Shown here one piece after another: positions 1-10,440 of a stretch of DNA of 64,000 nucleotides. The stretch spans positions 293,756,001 through 293,820,000 of the forward strand of contig OZ024740.1 in assembly GCA_964016885.1 (NCBI GenBank), given 5' to 3'. The notes beneath the pieces are model-generated. The model saw nothing but the letters and a program-made list of their open reading frames with translations, was not told where the DNA came from and ran no database searches. Source of the DNA: Eledone cirrhosa. Lineage: Eukaryota. The position numbers and the translations under genes are program-made. Position 1 is the first letter of the stretch. Every line of letters starts with the position of its first letter.

Positions 1-279
1 CTCCAGAGGACTCACTAATACAACAGTAAACTAAAACTACTACTTAACCTACTCAAATCAGAAAACTTTTAAAAAATGAAACAAGCACAAAAATAACTGC
101 AATGTTAGCAGTGGCATCGTGTGGTTTGTCAGTACACAAGGCAAGGAAATAATTCTACCTCTTAACCCAATTGACCAGTGCAGTATTGGTAGAAATTATT
201 CCAATGTTTTAGTTCCAACTATGCAGAAACTACAAAGTAATTTTATATCATCTAAATCTAAACTAAAGCCTGTCTCAAA

Positions 280-541
280 CCAGGAGGCTCATCAGACTGG
301 TGCTTATCTCGGTTTGTGACATTAAGGGACTGAGAGTTGAAGACTCCCCCTGGATAGGATGCCAGTCCATCACAGGGATAAACTTCCAGCTATTGCTGGT
401 ACTTATTTTCAGTTGAGTATACTGGAGCAATGCAGCACAACACACAACACACAAGAACACAACACACAACCCAGTCCAGAAATCAAACATACAATATTAT
501 GATTGCAAGTCTGACACCCTTAGCACTAGGCCACACGTCCC
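280..541 (-). mobile_element. Degenerate tRNA-derived SINE
   Basis: Minus strand begins with a tRNA-like head (gtggcctagtgctaagggtgtcagacttgcaatc...gtttgatttctgg), followed by a cattgctccagt..actca segment shared with the SINEs at 28140 and 52811. Confidence 0.55.
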
Positions 542-801
542 CTATTTTATATCTAAAGATTCAAAACTTGACTATTATTTTGACAAACTAAAGCTGACTC
601 TTAGGGGCTAGAGTTGTTATTAGTCACAAATTCCCCTGGTGGAACACAAACATCAGTGGTCCACACAGTTAGTACTTTAAATTCAGTTGAAAAGAATTTA
701 AACTAAAAAAGTCTAGGTTTCATTGTGTTACATGATTGTAAATTTACTTACAAGCAAAGACTGTTTTAGCAACCTTTACTAAAGAGATAATCCAGTACAT
801 A

Positions 802-1143
802 CGAGGGAATACTGAAAAGTTCCTGGCTTTGGGTGAAAAAAAGTACAGAAGGATCAGTTAATGATTTTATTCAACATATTCCTTTCTCAGATTCACACAC
901 TTACTGCAGTGGTCCGTAAGTTTTTCTTAGCCCCGTAAAAAGAACTCAAAGTTTGGGCCTCCAACCAGGCCTTTGTATCAGCAATTACTTCTGAACCAGA
1001 GAAGCCATCATGCGTTAAATCTGCAAAAAAGAAAAAGTTATATTCTATATCAACATGATTATTTTGCATCTCTTCTCCTAAATAGTTGGCTTACCTCCCC
1101 TTTCATGATACCCTTAAAGCCAGGAACTTTTCAGCACCCCTCG
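802..1143. mobile_element. Mariner/Tc1-type MITE (non-autonomous)
   Basis: ~29-bp imperfect TIRs (cgagggaatactgaaaagttcctggctt / aagccaggaacttttcagcacccctcg) with TA on both sides; no transposase. Confidence 0.8.
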
Positions 1144-1844
1144 TACATCAAATCGTTTCAATGATGAGTAACAATGCTTTTGGAATACAATTTATATTTT
1201 GAATTTCTTTCATCTACCCAAATTTAGTAATGTAAATGTGTTATTCCATTTAAAATACGATTTATTTTTTATTATACATGTGGTTTAGATTACAATTGAA
1301 GACATTTTTAGTTTAGCAGCTGTCTGATAGTTTATTATTACTAGAAATTTATTTAAACAAAGATTTTTATGACAACTATATTTTACAAACAAAAGTTATA
1401 CAATGATGGAAAATATTAAAAAGGAATAAAAACAAAATTAAGTAATGAAAAAGGGGGAAGAGGAAACAAGGGCAGATCTGGTTGGATAGGAAAGGACTAT
1501 AAATACCATAAATGAGAAGAAAAATAGGAAAAGAGTAAGATCTATAGGGAAAGGGAAAAGACTATCAGGCATAGAAGAAAGAGAGGGGGGAGGGTATCAG
1601 ACTGTACACCTAGGTCAGGGTGGTGTTTCGGCTGAAGAAATTAAACCAGCAATATAATTTGATTGACTTCAACAAAATCTTACAATTCATACAATCCCAT
1701 TAGGACGACAATTTGACATAGATTTTCACAAATTTTATATATGTTATGCCTTTTTTAAAAAAGAGCACTAGCTGAATAAATCAAATACACAGGGAAGAAA
1801 AGCTGGTTCTCGGAACCACTTAAGATGGTTGATAATGTCAAGTG

Positions 1845-2400
1845 CTAGACTCCTTCATAAGTATATTCTATGGTAATCAAGGTTTTTAAAAGCTTCTCCA
1901 AAGTCACAAAACAGCACAGCTCCCATGACTTTTGGAAACATTTTTTCATGCTCAGAGTTACTGAAGCATGGAACAAACTACTTGCATCAGTTGTTAGCTG
2001 TCGGGACACTGCATCCTTTAAAACCTCCATGCTTCCTGAAATTCGACAACACTCCTCCATACACACGCACACATGTATATCATGACTCATACTCTGTTCA
2101 CTTTCCTGACATTTGTACATTATTCTATGTACTAAAGGCGGTGGATTGGCAGTATCAGTAGAGAGTCGGACGCCATGCTTTCCAGCATAGTTACGTCCCT
2201 TTACGGTCTGAGTTCAAATCCCGCCGAGGTTAACTTTGCCTTTCATCCTTACGGGGTCGATACAATAAAGTACCAGTAATGTATTGGGTAATTGCTGGCC
2301 TTGTGCCAAAAGTAGAAACAATTATTCTATGTACTATACATGCACCTTTGATGAGTTGTAGTGCAGATGAGCACTGTATACAATAAGTTCATTATTATTA
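1845..2400 (+). mobile_element. CR1-group LINE 3' fragment (C-terminus plus 3' UTR), interrupted by a SINE
   Basis: ORF 1870-2085 reads KHFFMLRVTEAWNKL, resembling CR1 ORF2 ends. Ends in (TTA)n. The same 3' UTR recurs inverted at 63885-64000. Confidence 0.65.
2135..2322 (+). mobile_element. tRNA-derived SINE with 14-bp target site duplication
   Basis: B-box gagttcaaatcc; central gcctttcatccttacggggtcgat domain; TSD tattctatgtacta at 2121-2134 and 2323-2336. Confidence 0.85.
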
Positions 2401-2677
2401 TTATTTAATTATTTAAAGTCAGCCGAACAATTACAAAAAATTACTCATTAATTCTGCATATCCTCAAACCAGGGGACACAACTCAGCTTGTCTTAGATTT
2501 TCCGTCCGACATATTGATTTGATTTCTTAAAATGAGAGTGATTTCTGTTTATTTGTTTTCAAAATTATTTACGATTTTTCTAATTAAGGCCGTGGTTGCG
2601 ATGTGAGTAATTTCCCTTATTCCAGTAATTATTCATAGATACTCGATCATTTTCTATACATAGTATTATTAGACCAA

Positions 2678-2796
2678 TCTGAGTTCAAATCGCGCTGAGG
2701 TTAACTTTGCCTTTCATCCTTACGGGGTCGACAAAATAAAGTACCAGTAATGCACTGGGATAATTGCTGGCTCTATGCCAAAAGTAGAAACAATTA
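2678..2796 (+). mobile_element. 5'-truncated copy of the same SINE
   Basis: Near-identical to 2206-2322. Confidence 0.8.
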
Positions 2797-2798
2797 TT

Positions 2799-2957
2799 TG
2801 TTGAAAGGTGGATGAAAGTGGCGAGAATGGCCTGAGTGAATGGGCTTGCTCTGAGTGTGTGCCAGTAGATACAGGGAGGACACCTGGGAGAGGGAACTTG
2901 CCATCGGGGTTAGGGAGACTGTGGCCTTTATGGGCCTTCGCCACGAGTAACCCTCGT
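2799..2957 (+). mobile_element. L1/Tx1-like LINE 3'-end fragment
   Basis: gaaaggtggat..gcgagaatgg..gagtgaa and ccacgagtaaccctcg match the 3' end of the element at 12950-13110. Confidence 0.6.
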
Positions 2958-3332
2958 AAACTATTGTTTTAAAGTAGTGACAAATTCACTCACTTTGATC
3001 TCAGCAAACAGGGGAGATAAGCCGACAAGACTTGTTTCGCTTTGGTTGAAGCTTATCAAGGCCAACTACCCCACCTGTTTACTGAGATCAGTGATGTTAT
3101 ATTCTTATAGAAATCTAGTAAATAATCAGGAGCTGATTATGCAGAGCGGTTGTTGGTCAGGCAGAAATTAAAAGTTAGAATTGGAGCTCTGAAATAGCAA
3201 TATATATATGGATGTATATATAATGTATTTTGCAATACACTTTATGCTTAATTAAAAGCATTTTGAAGACCGTAAGCTATTGTTTTAAAGTAGTGACAAA
3301 TTCACTCACTTTGATCTCAGCAAACAGGGGAT

Positions 3333-3370
3333 AATACGTTATCCTGTGCAACGCCGCGTACCACTGCTAG
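3333..3370 (+). mobile_element. Possible Helitron 3' terminus
   Basis: Degenerate GC-rich hairpin (cctgtgcaacgccgcg), then CTAG followed by T. No 5' end identified. Confidence 0.35.
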
Positions 3371-3720
3371 TATATATATATACAATGATATTAAATAAAT
3401 GGAAACTATATTTATAAAACCATATTTATTCTATTATCTATATTTCAAGGGTACCAAAAACTTTGCTACGCTATCAGCAGATAAATTACGAAGTGTGTTT
3501 TATAAATTTTGACATAACCAAGGATAATATACCTTAACGGTTCAAGTTATCCCTGGATAGTCCTTTAATATTTAATATCATTGTATATTATACTCCTGAA
3601 AATCTGTTGAGTGCTCTGAATCAGTTATAAACATTTATATTTGTTGAATTACCAACAAATTGAATATCACTTCTGGTTATATATATATATATGTATATGT
3701 ACATATATATCTCTATCTAT

Positions 3721-4359
3721 CTAAGGCGGGTAAAATTCCCGAGATCCATGGACGAGTTCTCTCCAGCTGTCTCTGTCCCTCATTATCGCTGCCATGTCCT
3801 GCGTCTCCAACAGACCAGTGTCTGTCCTTAGGGCATCAATATACGTTAACCTTGGTCTTCCTCTTCTAGTGTGTCCATGTAGGGGATCCCAAAGGAGCAC
3901 TGAGTGCAATGTCAACTCTGGATGTCGGTGAGCATGTCCAGCTAACCTCAGTCTCCTCTGTGTCACTTTTGAGCTGACTTTTGGGATGCTCCCATACAGC
4001 TCTGAGTTTTTCATCCTCAGTGTATACTGATTAATGTTCAGAGCCATCCTCAGCATTCTCGTGTAGCATCCATCCACCATCTGAGTGAGTTTCTTGGTCA
4101 GTGTCCAAGTCTCAGACCCATACAGCAGCACAGACTCCACTACAGCAATGAAGAGGCGGACTTTCAGGTCTCTACGAAGGTCCGACGTCCACACCGATCT
4201 CAAGCTGTGGCACGCCGCCCAGGCCTTGCTCTTCCTCTCAACCACATCATCTTCCGTATTCCCAATCTTTGCTCCCAAATACAGGAAGTCCTCAACCAAT
4301 TCCAGCGGCTTCCCGCCTACATTAGTGATCCCCTCTGGCTTCTCAACATGCTCTACCAG
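3721..4359 (-). mobile_element. RTE-clade LINE, 5'-truncated (RT thumb and C-terminal region)
   Basis: VEDFLYLG...VLLYGSETWTLT...RRLRLAGH...RRGRPR motifs. The N-terminal YI repeat of the listed ORF is only the flanking (TA)n. Confidence 0.85.
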
Positions 4360-4368
4360 ATATGTATG

Positions 4369-4449
<81 letters not shown>

Positions 4450-4564
4450 ATGTATGTATATGTATGTTAAAAACATAATACTTGATGCTTTTGACAGTAA
4501 GAAGAGCAATTAGAGACGTACAGTATAGAGGAACAGTGGGATTTCCTGAAAGTTAACATCCAGT

Positions 4565-4830
4565 CCTAAATAAATGAGGTTGTGTAGGTGTTACGACAAA
4601 AAAAAAACACATTCCACGCTGTAATGTGGCCGTGTAGGTAACAGGGTAAAAACCTCCCAGTCCACACTGTAAACGTGGTTGGTGTTAGGAAGGGCATCCA
4701 GCCGTAGAAAACCTGCCAGACAGTCCTATAGGAGCAAGACAACCAATCTTGCCTCAAGTGGGACAATTCCCGTCTAAACCCATGCTAGCGTGGAAGATAG
4801 ACGTTAAACGATGATGATGATGATGATGAT
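4565..4830 (+). mobile_element. 3' UTR/tail fragment of the (GAT)n-tailed RTE family
   Basis: Matches 58340-58590 (ggttggtgttaggaagggcatccagccgtagaaaa...gacgttaaac(gat)n). Confidence 0.75.
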
Positions 4831-4984
4831 GTATAATCATATATATATATATGTATAGGTATGTATATATATATATATATGTATGTATGTGTATATATAT
4901 GTATATGTGTATGTATGTGTATATATATATGTATATATGTATATATGTATGTATATATATATGTATGTATGTATGTATATATAT

Positions 4985-5565
4985 GTAACATGTATCCCAG
5001 TACAACCTGACCCATGGTCGGGTCGTTGGCGACTAAACTGGCAACCCCACCAACGTTTCTTGGTGAGGAGGGTGACTTTGGACATCCTGTAGGACTAAAA
5101 ACAAAACCTATCAAGGGGAAAAGGAGCTCTTAAGAGTCAATGGCCATCCAAAATCACCGGGAGAGATGACGCCTTAGCCTTTGTCAAGGCGGAATTCTAG
5201 GAGAAGGAAAACTCTGATATAACATCTGCAACCCTGATGGTATCCAATCATGTTGTCTTGTTCTTCTTTTTGGTAAATATCATCTTGGTTAAGAGAGTGG
5301 TACTGGCTTTGTGCAGTGCCTTTGCTCACTATAAAAGCTTCACGGCACAGGCATTGCTTTATATTTGGAGATCTCTCTGCACTTGTCTTCACATGGTACC
5401 ATGGGCCCAGCACTATGTGTCAATAATTGTCACAAGTGTAGTGTCTGTACCAGAGTTTTCATGTCGCAGGCTGGACTAAAAAGTCACACTCGTTCAGCGC
5501 ATCGGTAGGGTTTCTCCTGCATGGAATAAAGTAGTGGCCGTACTCATAAACGATTTGGCACCCAC

Positions 5566-5568
<3 letters not shown>
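4985..5568 (+). mobile_element. Non-coding bipartite RTE-derived element (RTE 5' UTR plus RTE 3' end)
   Basis: 5' half aligns with the RTE 5' UTR at 28530-28930. The 3' end tggccgtactc..aacga resembles the RTE terminus at 20053-20082. Further copies at 27071-27528 and 27567-27978. Confidence 0.7.
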
Positions 5569-5650
<82 letters not shown>

Positions 5651-5932
5651 GTATATATATATACATATGTATATATATGTATATATATATATATATATAA
5701 ATTTTGCATATATATATATAAGTATTTACACGTACATACATATATGTATACAGACGTACAGTAGTATGTATATATATATATATACATACATGCACACATA
5801 TATATATATATATGTACGTATGGATTCACCGAACATTTATTATAATGCTCGGTGTGTTTGTAAACAACATCCCGTATTAAGCCGTAGTGTCTAGCAACCA
5901 TTGTTGCTCGTTTGTTCAACACTGACAAAGGA

Positions 5933-5975
5933 ACGCTGTACTAGTTTCAAGCTTATTAGCTATCGTCAGCAACGT
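5933..5975 (-). ncRNA. Minimal type I hammerhead ribozyme (copy 1, core intact)
   Basis: RNA ACGUUG-CUGACGA-U AGCU AAUA AGCU U-GAAA-CUAG-UA/CAGCGU: 6-bp stem I, 4-bp stem II (U.U closure), palindromic stem III (ACUAGU), GUA cleavage triplet. Confidence 0.8.
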
Positions 5976-6356
5976 ATACCTTCTTGCCAGATTGTTGAAC
6001 GTATATTCTTACCTTATGCATATTAACGGCTGAGTTACCCAATTTGCATATCGAGTGGGTTAATCGGCCTTGTGCACCGAAAACGATAAGCGGAAAAAAT
6101 GAAACGTAATTTCATTTCCCACTCTTCGTAAGGCTGTTACTTAAATATAAGTATGTACACGTACATACATCTATGTATACAGACGTACAGTAGTATGTAT
6201 ATATATATATATACATACATGCACACATATATATATGTACGTATGGATTCACCGTACATTTATTATAATGCTCGGTGTGTTTGTAAACAAACATCCCGTA
6301 TTAAGCCGTAGTGTCTAGCAACCATCGTTGCTCGTTTGTTCAACACTGACAAAGGA

Positions 6357-6399
6357 ACGCTGTACTAGTTTCAAGCTTATTAGATATCGTCAGCAACGT
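6357..6399 (-). ncRNA. Minimal type I hammerhead ribozyme (copy 2; stem II mismatch)
   Basis: Same as copy 1 with core intact, but stem II 5' strand reads AUCU instead of AGCU. Confidence 0.7.
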
Positions 6400-6780
6400 A
6401 TACCTTCCTGCCAGATTGTTGAACGTATATACTTACCTTATGCATATTAACGGCTGAGTAGCCCAATTTGCATATCGAGTGGGTTAATCGGCCGGGGGCA
6501 CCGAACACGATAAATGGAAAAAATGAAACGAAATTTCATTTCCCACTCTTAGTACGGCTGTTACTTAAATATAAGTATGTACACGTACATACATATATGT
6601 ATACTGACGTACAGTAGTATGTATATATATATATACATACATGCACATATATATATATATGTACGTATGGATTCACCGAACATTTATTATAATGCTCGGT
6701 GTGTTTGTAAACAAACATCCCGTATTAAGCCGTAGTGTCTAGCAACCATCGTTGCTCGTTTATTCAACACTGACAAAGGA

Positions 6781-6823
6781 ACGCTGTACTAGTTTCAAGC
6801 TTATTAGCTATTGTCAGCAACGT
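6781..6823 (-). ncRNA. Hammerhead motif copy 3 (G8A; probably inactive)
   Basis: Core reads CUGACAA; stems unchanged. Confidence 0.6.
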
Positions 6824-6996
6824 ATACCTTCCTGCCAGATTGTTGAACGTATATACTTACCTTATGCATATTAACGGTTGAGTAGCCCAATTTGCATATC
6901 GAGTGGGTTAATCGGCCGGAGGCACCGAACACGATAAATGGAAAAAATGAAACGAAATTTATAGTATATACGTTCAACAATCTGGCAAGAAGGTAT

Positions 6997-7039
6997 ACGT
7001 TGTTGACGATAGCTAATAAGCTTGAAACTAGTACAGCGT
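6997..7039 (+). ncRNA. Hammerhead motif copy 4, inverted (C3U)
   Basis: acgttg-TTGACGA-tagctaataagctt-GAAA-ctag-ta-cagcgt. Confidence 0.6.
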
Positions 7040-7446
7040 TCCTTTGTCAGTGTTGAACAAACGAGCAGCGATGGTTGCTAGACACTATGACTTAATACGG
7101 GATGTTTGTTTATAAACACACCGAGCATTATAATAAATTTTCGGTGAATCCATACGTAGATATATATATGTGTGCATGTATGTATATATATACATACTAC
7201 TGTACGTCTGTATACATATATGTATGTACGTGTACATACTTATATTTAAGTAACAGCCGTACTAAGGGTGGGAAATTGGACAAATTTAAATTTCAAAATC
7301 CAAACCTGTTCCGTAGATAAGTTTAAACTTCAAAATCCAAATAAGTTTCGATAAATGAAAAAGTGAAAAAATACCATATTCAGATCTCATCAGCAAGTAC
7401 CCTGAAAAATTGGTATGTTTCACTTCAAAATATTTAAGAAGACTGA

Positions 7447-8640
7447 TATCATCATCATCATCATCATCAACGTTTAACGTCCGTGTTCCACGCTTGCATG
7501 GGTTTGGACGGGGGTAGTCCCACTTGAGGCAAGAGTGATTGTCTTGCTCGCATAGGACTGTCTGGCAGGTTTTCTACAGTTGGATGCCCTTCCTAACACC
7601 AACCACATTTACAGTGTGGGTCTGGGAGGTTTTTACCGTGTTGCCTACACGGCCACATTACAGCGTGGACTGTGTGTTTTTTTGTCGTGACACCTACACG
7701 ATCTCATCTGTTTCGGCCTCGATGGCGCGGCACCAACATAACTTTACATAGAACGGGGTGGTGTGGATCGGGTGGTGGTGGTGGGACGGGGTGTATTTTG
7801 TTAGAGATGCCTACTGGCTGGAGTAGGTTTTACTATATATTTAGGTAAGGCGGGTCTTCTCTGTTACTGAGTACCGCCAAAGGTCTCGGTCCAGTGACAT
7901 TGTCTTGGAGAGGTGTAAGTGTGTGATGTCGGAGTTTATCAGCTCGTCCCAGGTTTTTCTAGGTCTGCCTATTCCGTGACTACCGTCTATCTTTATTGCC
8001 CTGCACTTTGTTATACAGCTATCGACTTTCATGCGCATCACGTGTCCATACCAACGTAGCCTTCTCTCGAGTAAACAACATCTGATCCCTCTTATCTCTA
8101 ATTTTTTCCTTAGTTCGTTTATGCTTTGCCGTTCACGTATATTACTGTTACACATCCAGCGGAGCATGCAAGCTTCGTTCCTCTCTAGTCTGCGTATATC
8201 CTCTGCACACAATGCCCAGGTCTCACTGCCATGCAGCATTGCTGTTCGTATGCAGGCATCGTACAACCTGCCTTTCATTTTTAGTGAGAACCCTTTAGCA
8301 GCTAATAGTGGTATAAGCTCTCTGAACTTTTTCCAACCAGTTCTGACTCTAGCTACAGTACTTTCAGAGCACCCTCCCCCACTGCTGATTTTATCGCCCA
8401 GGTAACGGAAGCTGTCCACTATTTCTATAGAACCCTCTGCGCAATTGAAAGAGCTAGTAGTTTGTGGGCACTTGCTGCTACTTATTGCACCAGAGCACCG
8501 GCCACATGTAAAATCTATGTTCTTAGTTAGCTTACCTGTGATCCCACTACATCTTTTATGCACCCATACTTTGCATTTAGGACATAAAATGGAGTTTCTA
8601 CCTACGCCTTTCCTACACACCGAGCACGACCATTTCCCAG
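7447..8640 (-). mobile_element. RTE-clade LINE, 5'-truncated, with PHD-like finger, long 3' UTR and (GAT)n tail
   Basis: ORF 7841-8620 (CPKC..HKRC, FRYLGD, LHGSETW, RLRWYGH, GRPRKTW). Near-identical to 57410-58590. Confidence 0.9.
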
Positions 8641-8812
8641 AAATTTTGCAAAGAGAAGAAAACGGACAAATGAACTAGATACATCTCACTGCCCCCGCCA
8701 CCACAATAACGTCTACACTCTATCCCTACCATCACATTTACATTTACACATGTCATTACCCTATCTAGACTAAAGTCTCGACCTGTTGTCAAACTCCCTC
8801 CTGTGTGTTGAA

Positions 8813-8862
<50 letters not shown>

Positions 8863-8878
8863 TAATCACGCATGATGG

Positions 8879-9281
8879 TGAACTAGCCAGTTTTAAAATT
8901 CCCTTTTTGGCTTATAAATCTGTGTGAGTCCTGGTTATCGAGTTGAGCTCTGCTGACGATTGAAATCCAACCGTGACCATCTCCACTGAAAGTTTTCATG
9001 AAATAGTCTTTAAAACTATACAGAGCATTTGAAGTTTTTCCAAATTGAAGGATAAGTATTTTAGACTTTATTTTATCATGAGTTAAGGCTCTATTTATTT
9101 TCCCCTGGATTTCACTAAATTCTGTGGATGAATTTATATCCTGATTCTCTTTTGAGATGAGTTTGAATTATTTTTCCTACATCTTACGTTAACTATTTTT
9201 CCCATTTTGACGCTATAGTCGCATATATGTTATGGAATACTGTTAGCTTCTCGCTACAACAATTTCTATACCTTTCATTTA
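8879..9281. repeat. Unclassified ~400-bp dispersed repeat, copy 1
   Basis: Direct, diverged copy at 53147-53550. Both lie next to (TA)n. Confidence 0.8.
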
Positions 9282-9326
9282 TATATATATATATATATAT
9301 ATACTGAGTGATGTATATACACACAT

Positions 9327-9400
<74 letters not shown>

Positions 9401-9714
9401 ATGTGTGTATATACATCACTCAGTCAAACGACCTGATTTCAACCCCAACATCTACAACAACAACACCGGCACTAATGTTTACAGCAACAACAGCTTCGGA
9501 ATGAATTGAAATGAACATTTACAACAACCACAGCGGCATCAGACGATAGAAAAAAACAAAAAACAAACAAAAAAACTCAAAATAACAAAACACACACACA
9601 CACACACGCACACAACAGAACAACAACATCAACTGCCAACCACTACCACCACCGCCGCCATCACCATCACCAGCGACCGGGCCTTAAGAAAACAACTTTA
9701 ATAATAATATTTTT

Positions 9715-9860
9715 TCTGCTTTTGGCACAGATCCAGCGACTGGACCAGGACATTACTGGTACTCTCTTTTGTTGACTCCGTGGGGATGAAAGGCAAGGTT
9801 GACCTCGGCGGGATTTGAGTTCAGAGCGTGGAGAGCCATAGCTCTATGCTGTAACGCAAT
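9715..9860 (-). mobile_element. Diverged tRNA-derived SINE (2135 family)
   Basis: ggatgaaaggcaaggttgacctcggcgggatttga matches the reverse complement of the SINE at 2135. Confidence 0.65.
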
Positions 9861-9961
9861 TATAATAATACTGGACTGTAATACGAACGGCTTCAACTAT
9901 ACAAACTCTTGAAAGTCAACAGTTGACATAATCTTGTAATCTTGTATCAGTAATGACGGTA

Positions 9962-9997
<36 letters not shown>

Positions 9998-10149
9998 AAG
10001 TGAGTAGCGTGTGTGTGTTTGTTTGTATGTATGAGTGTTGCTGTGTGCGCGCGTATGTATGCGTGTGTGTGCGCGCGTATGTGTATGTCGTACGTATAAG
10101 TGTCAATAAGTGATTTTTTGGATTTTTTTTTTGTGCGCGGGGACATAAA

Positions 10150-10440
10150 AATAATCAGGCTGGATGCCCGATCGCGCAGTTAAACCACTGGGAGTGAAGA
10201 ACCCCTAGCCCTTGCCAGGGCATTCTTCTAGGAGAAGGCATCTCAGGAAACTGGGTTAACTCCGACATAAAACCTGCGGCTCAGTAGTTACCGATGATGT
10301 TGATCTTTTCTTCTTTTCGGGTTATAGTTACTGTCGCTCAGAGAGTGGGATTGGTTCAGTGCACAGTCTTTCCTCACTTTAAAAATATTCGTCACGCACA
10401 GGCATTGCACGATTGCATTAATAATTATTAATAGTCACAA
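10150..10440 (+). mobile_element. RTE 5'-UTR-like fragment
   Basis: ctaggagaagg, gatgttgatcttttcttcttt and gcacaggcattgc blocks are shared with 5170-5430 and 28720-28930. Confidence 0.55.

Larger units (their letters stand above)
5715..7276 (-). repeat. Tandem array of 424-bp units (3 direct plus 1 inverted partial), each with a hammerhead motif; retrozyme/Penelope-derived
   Basis: The same landmark occurs at 5933, 6357 and 6781 (period 424). 6961-7276 is the reverse complement of part of the unit. Left flank is (TA)n. Confidence 0.9.

Noticed and set aside
4493-4525. Further hammerhead-like traces (also 3596-3635, 43688-43752, 59632-59665)
   Set aside because: Each needs several substitutions to restore core and stems; not distinguishable from chance without a consensus.
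6112-7320. Repeated 60-72-aa [15 protein letters not shown]
   Set aside because: Lies in the low-complexity part of the tandem unit, frames vary between copies, and there is no recognisable domain.
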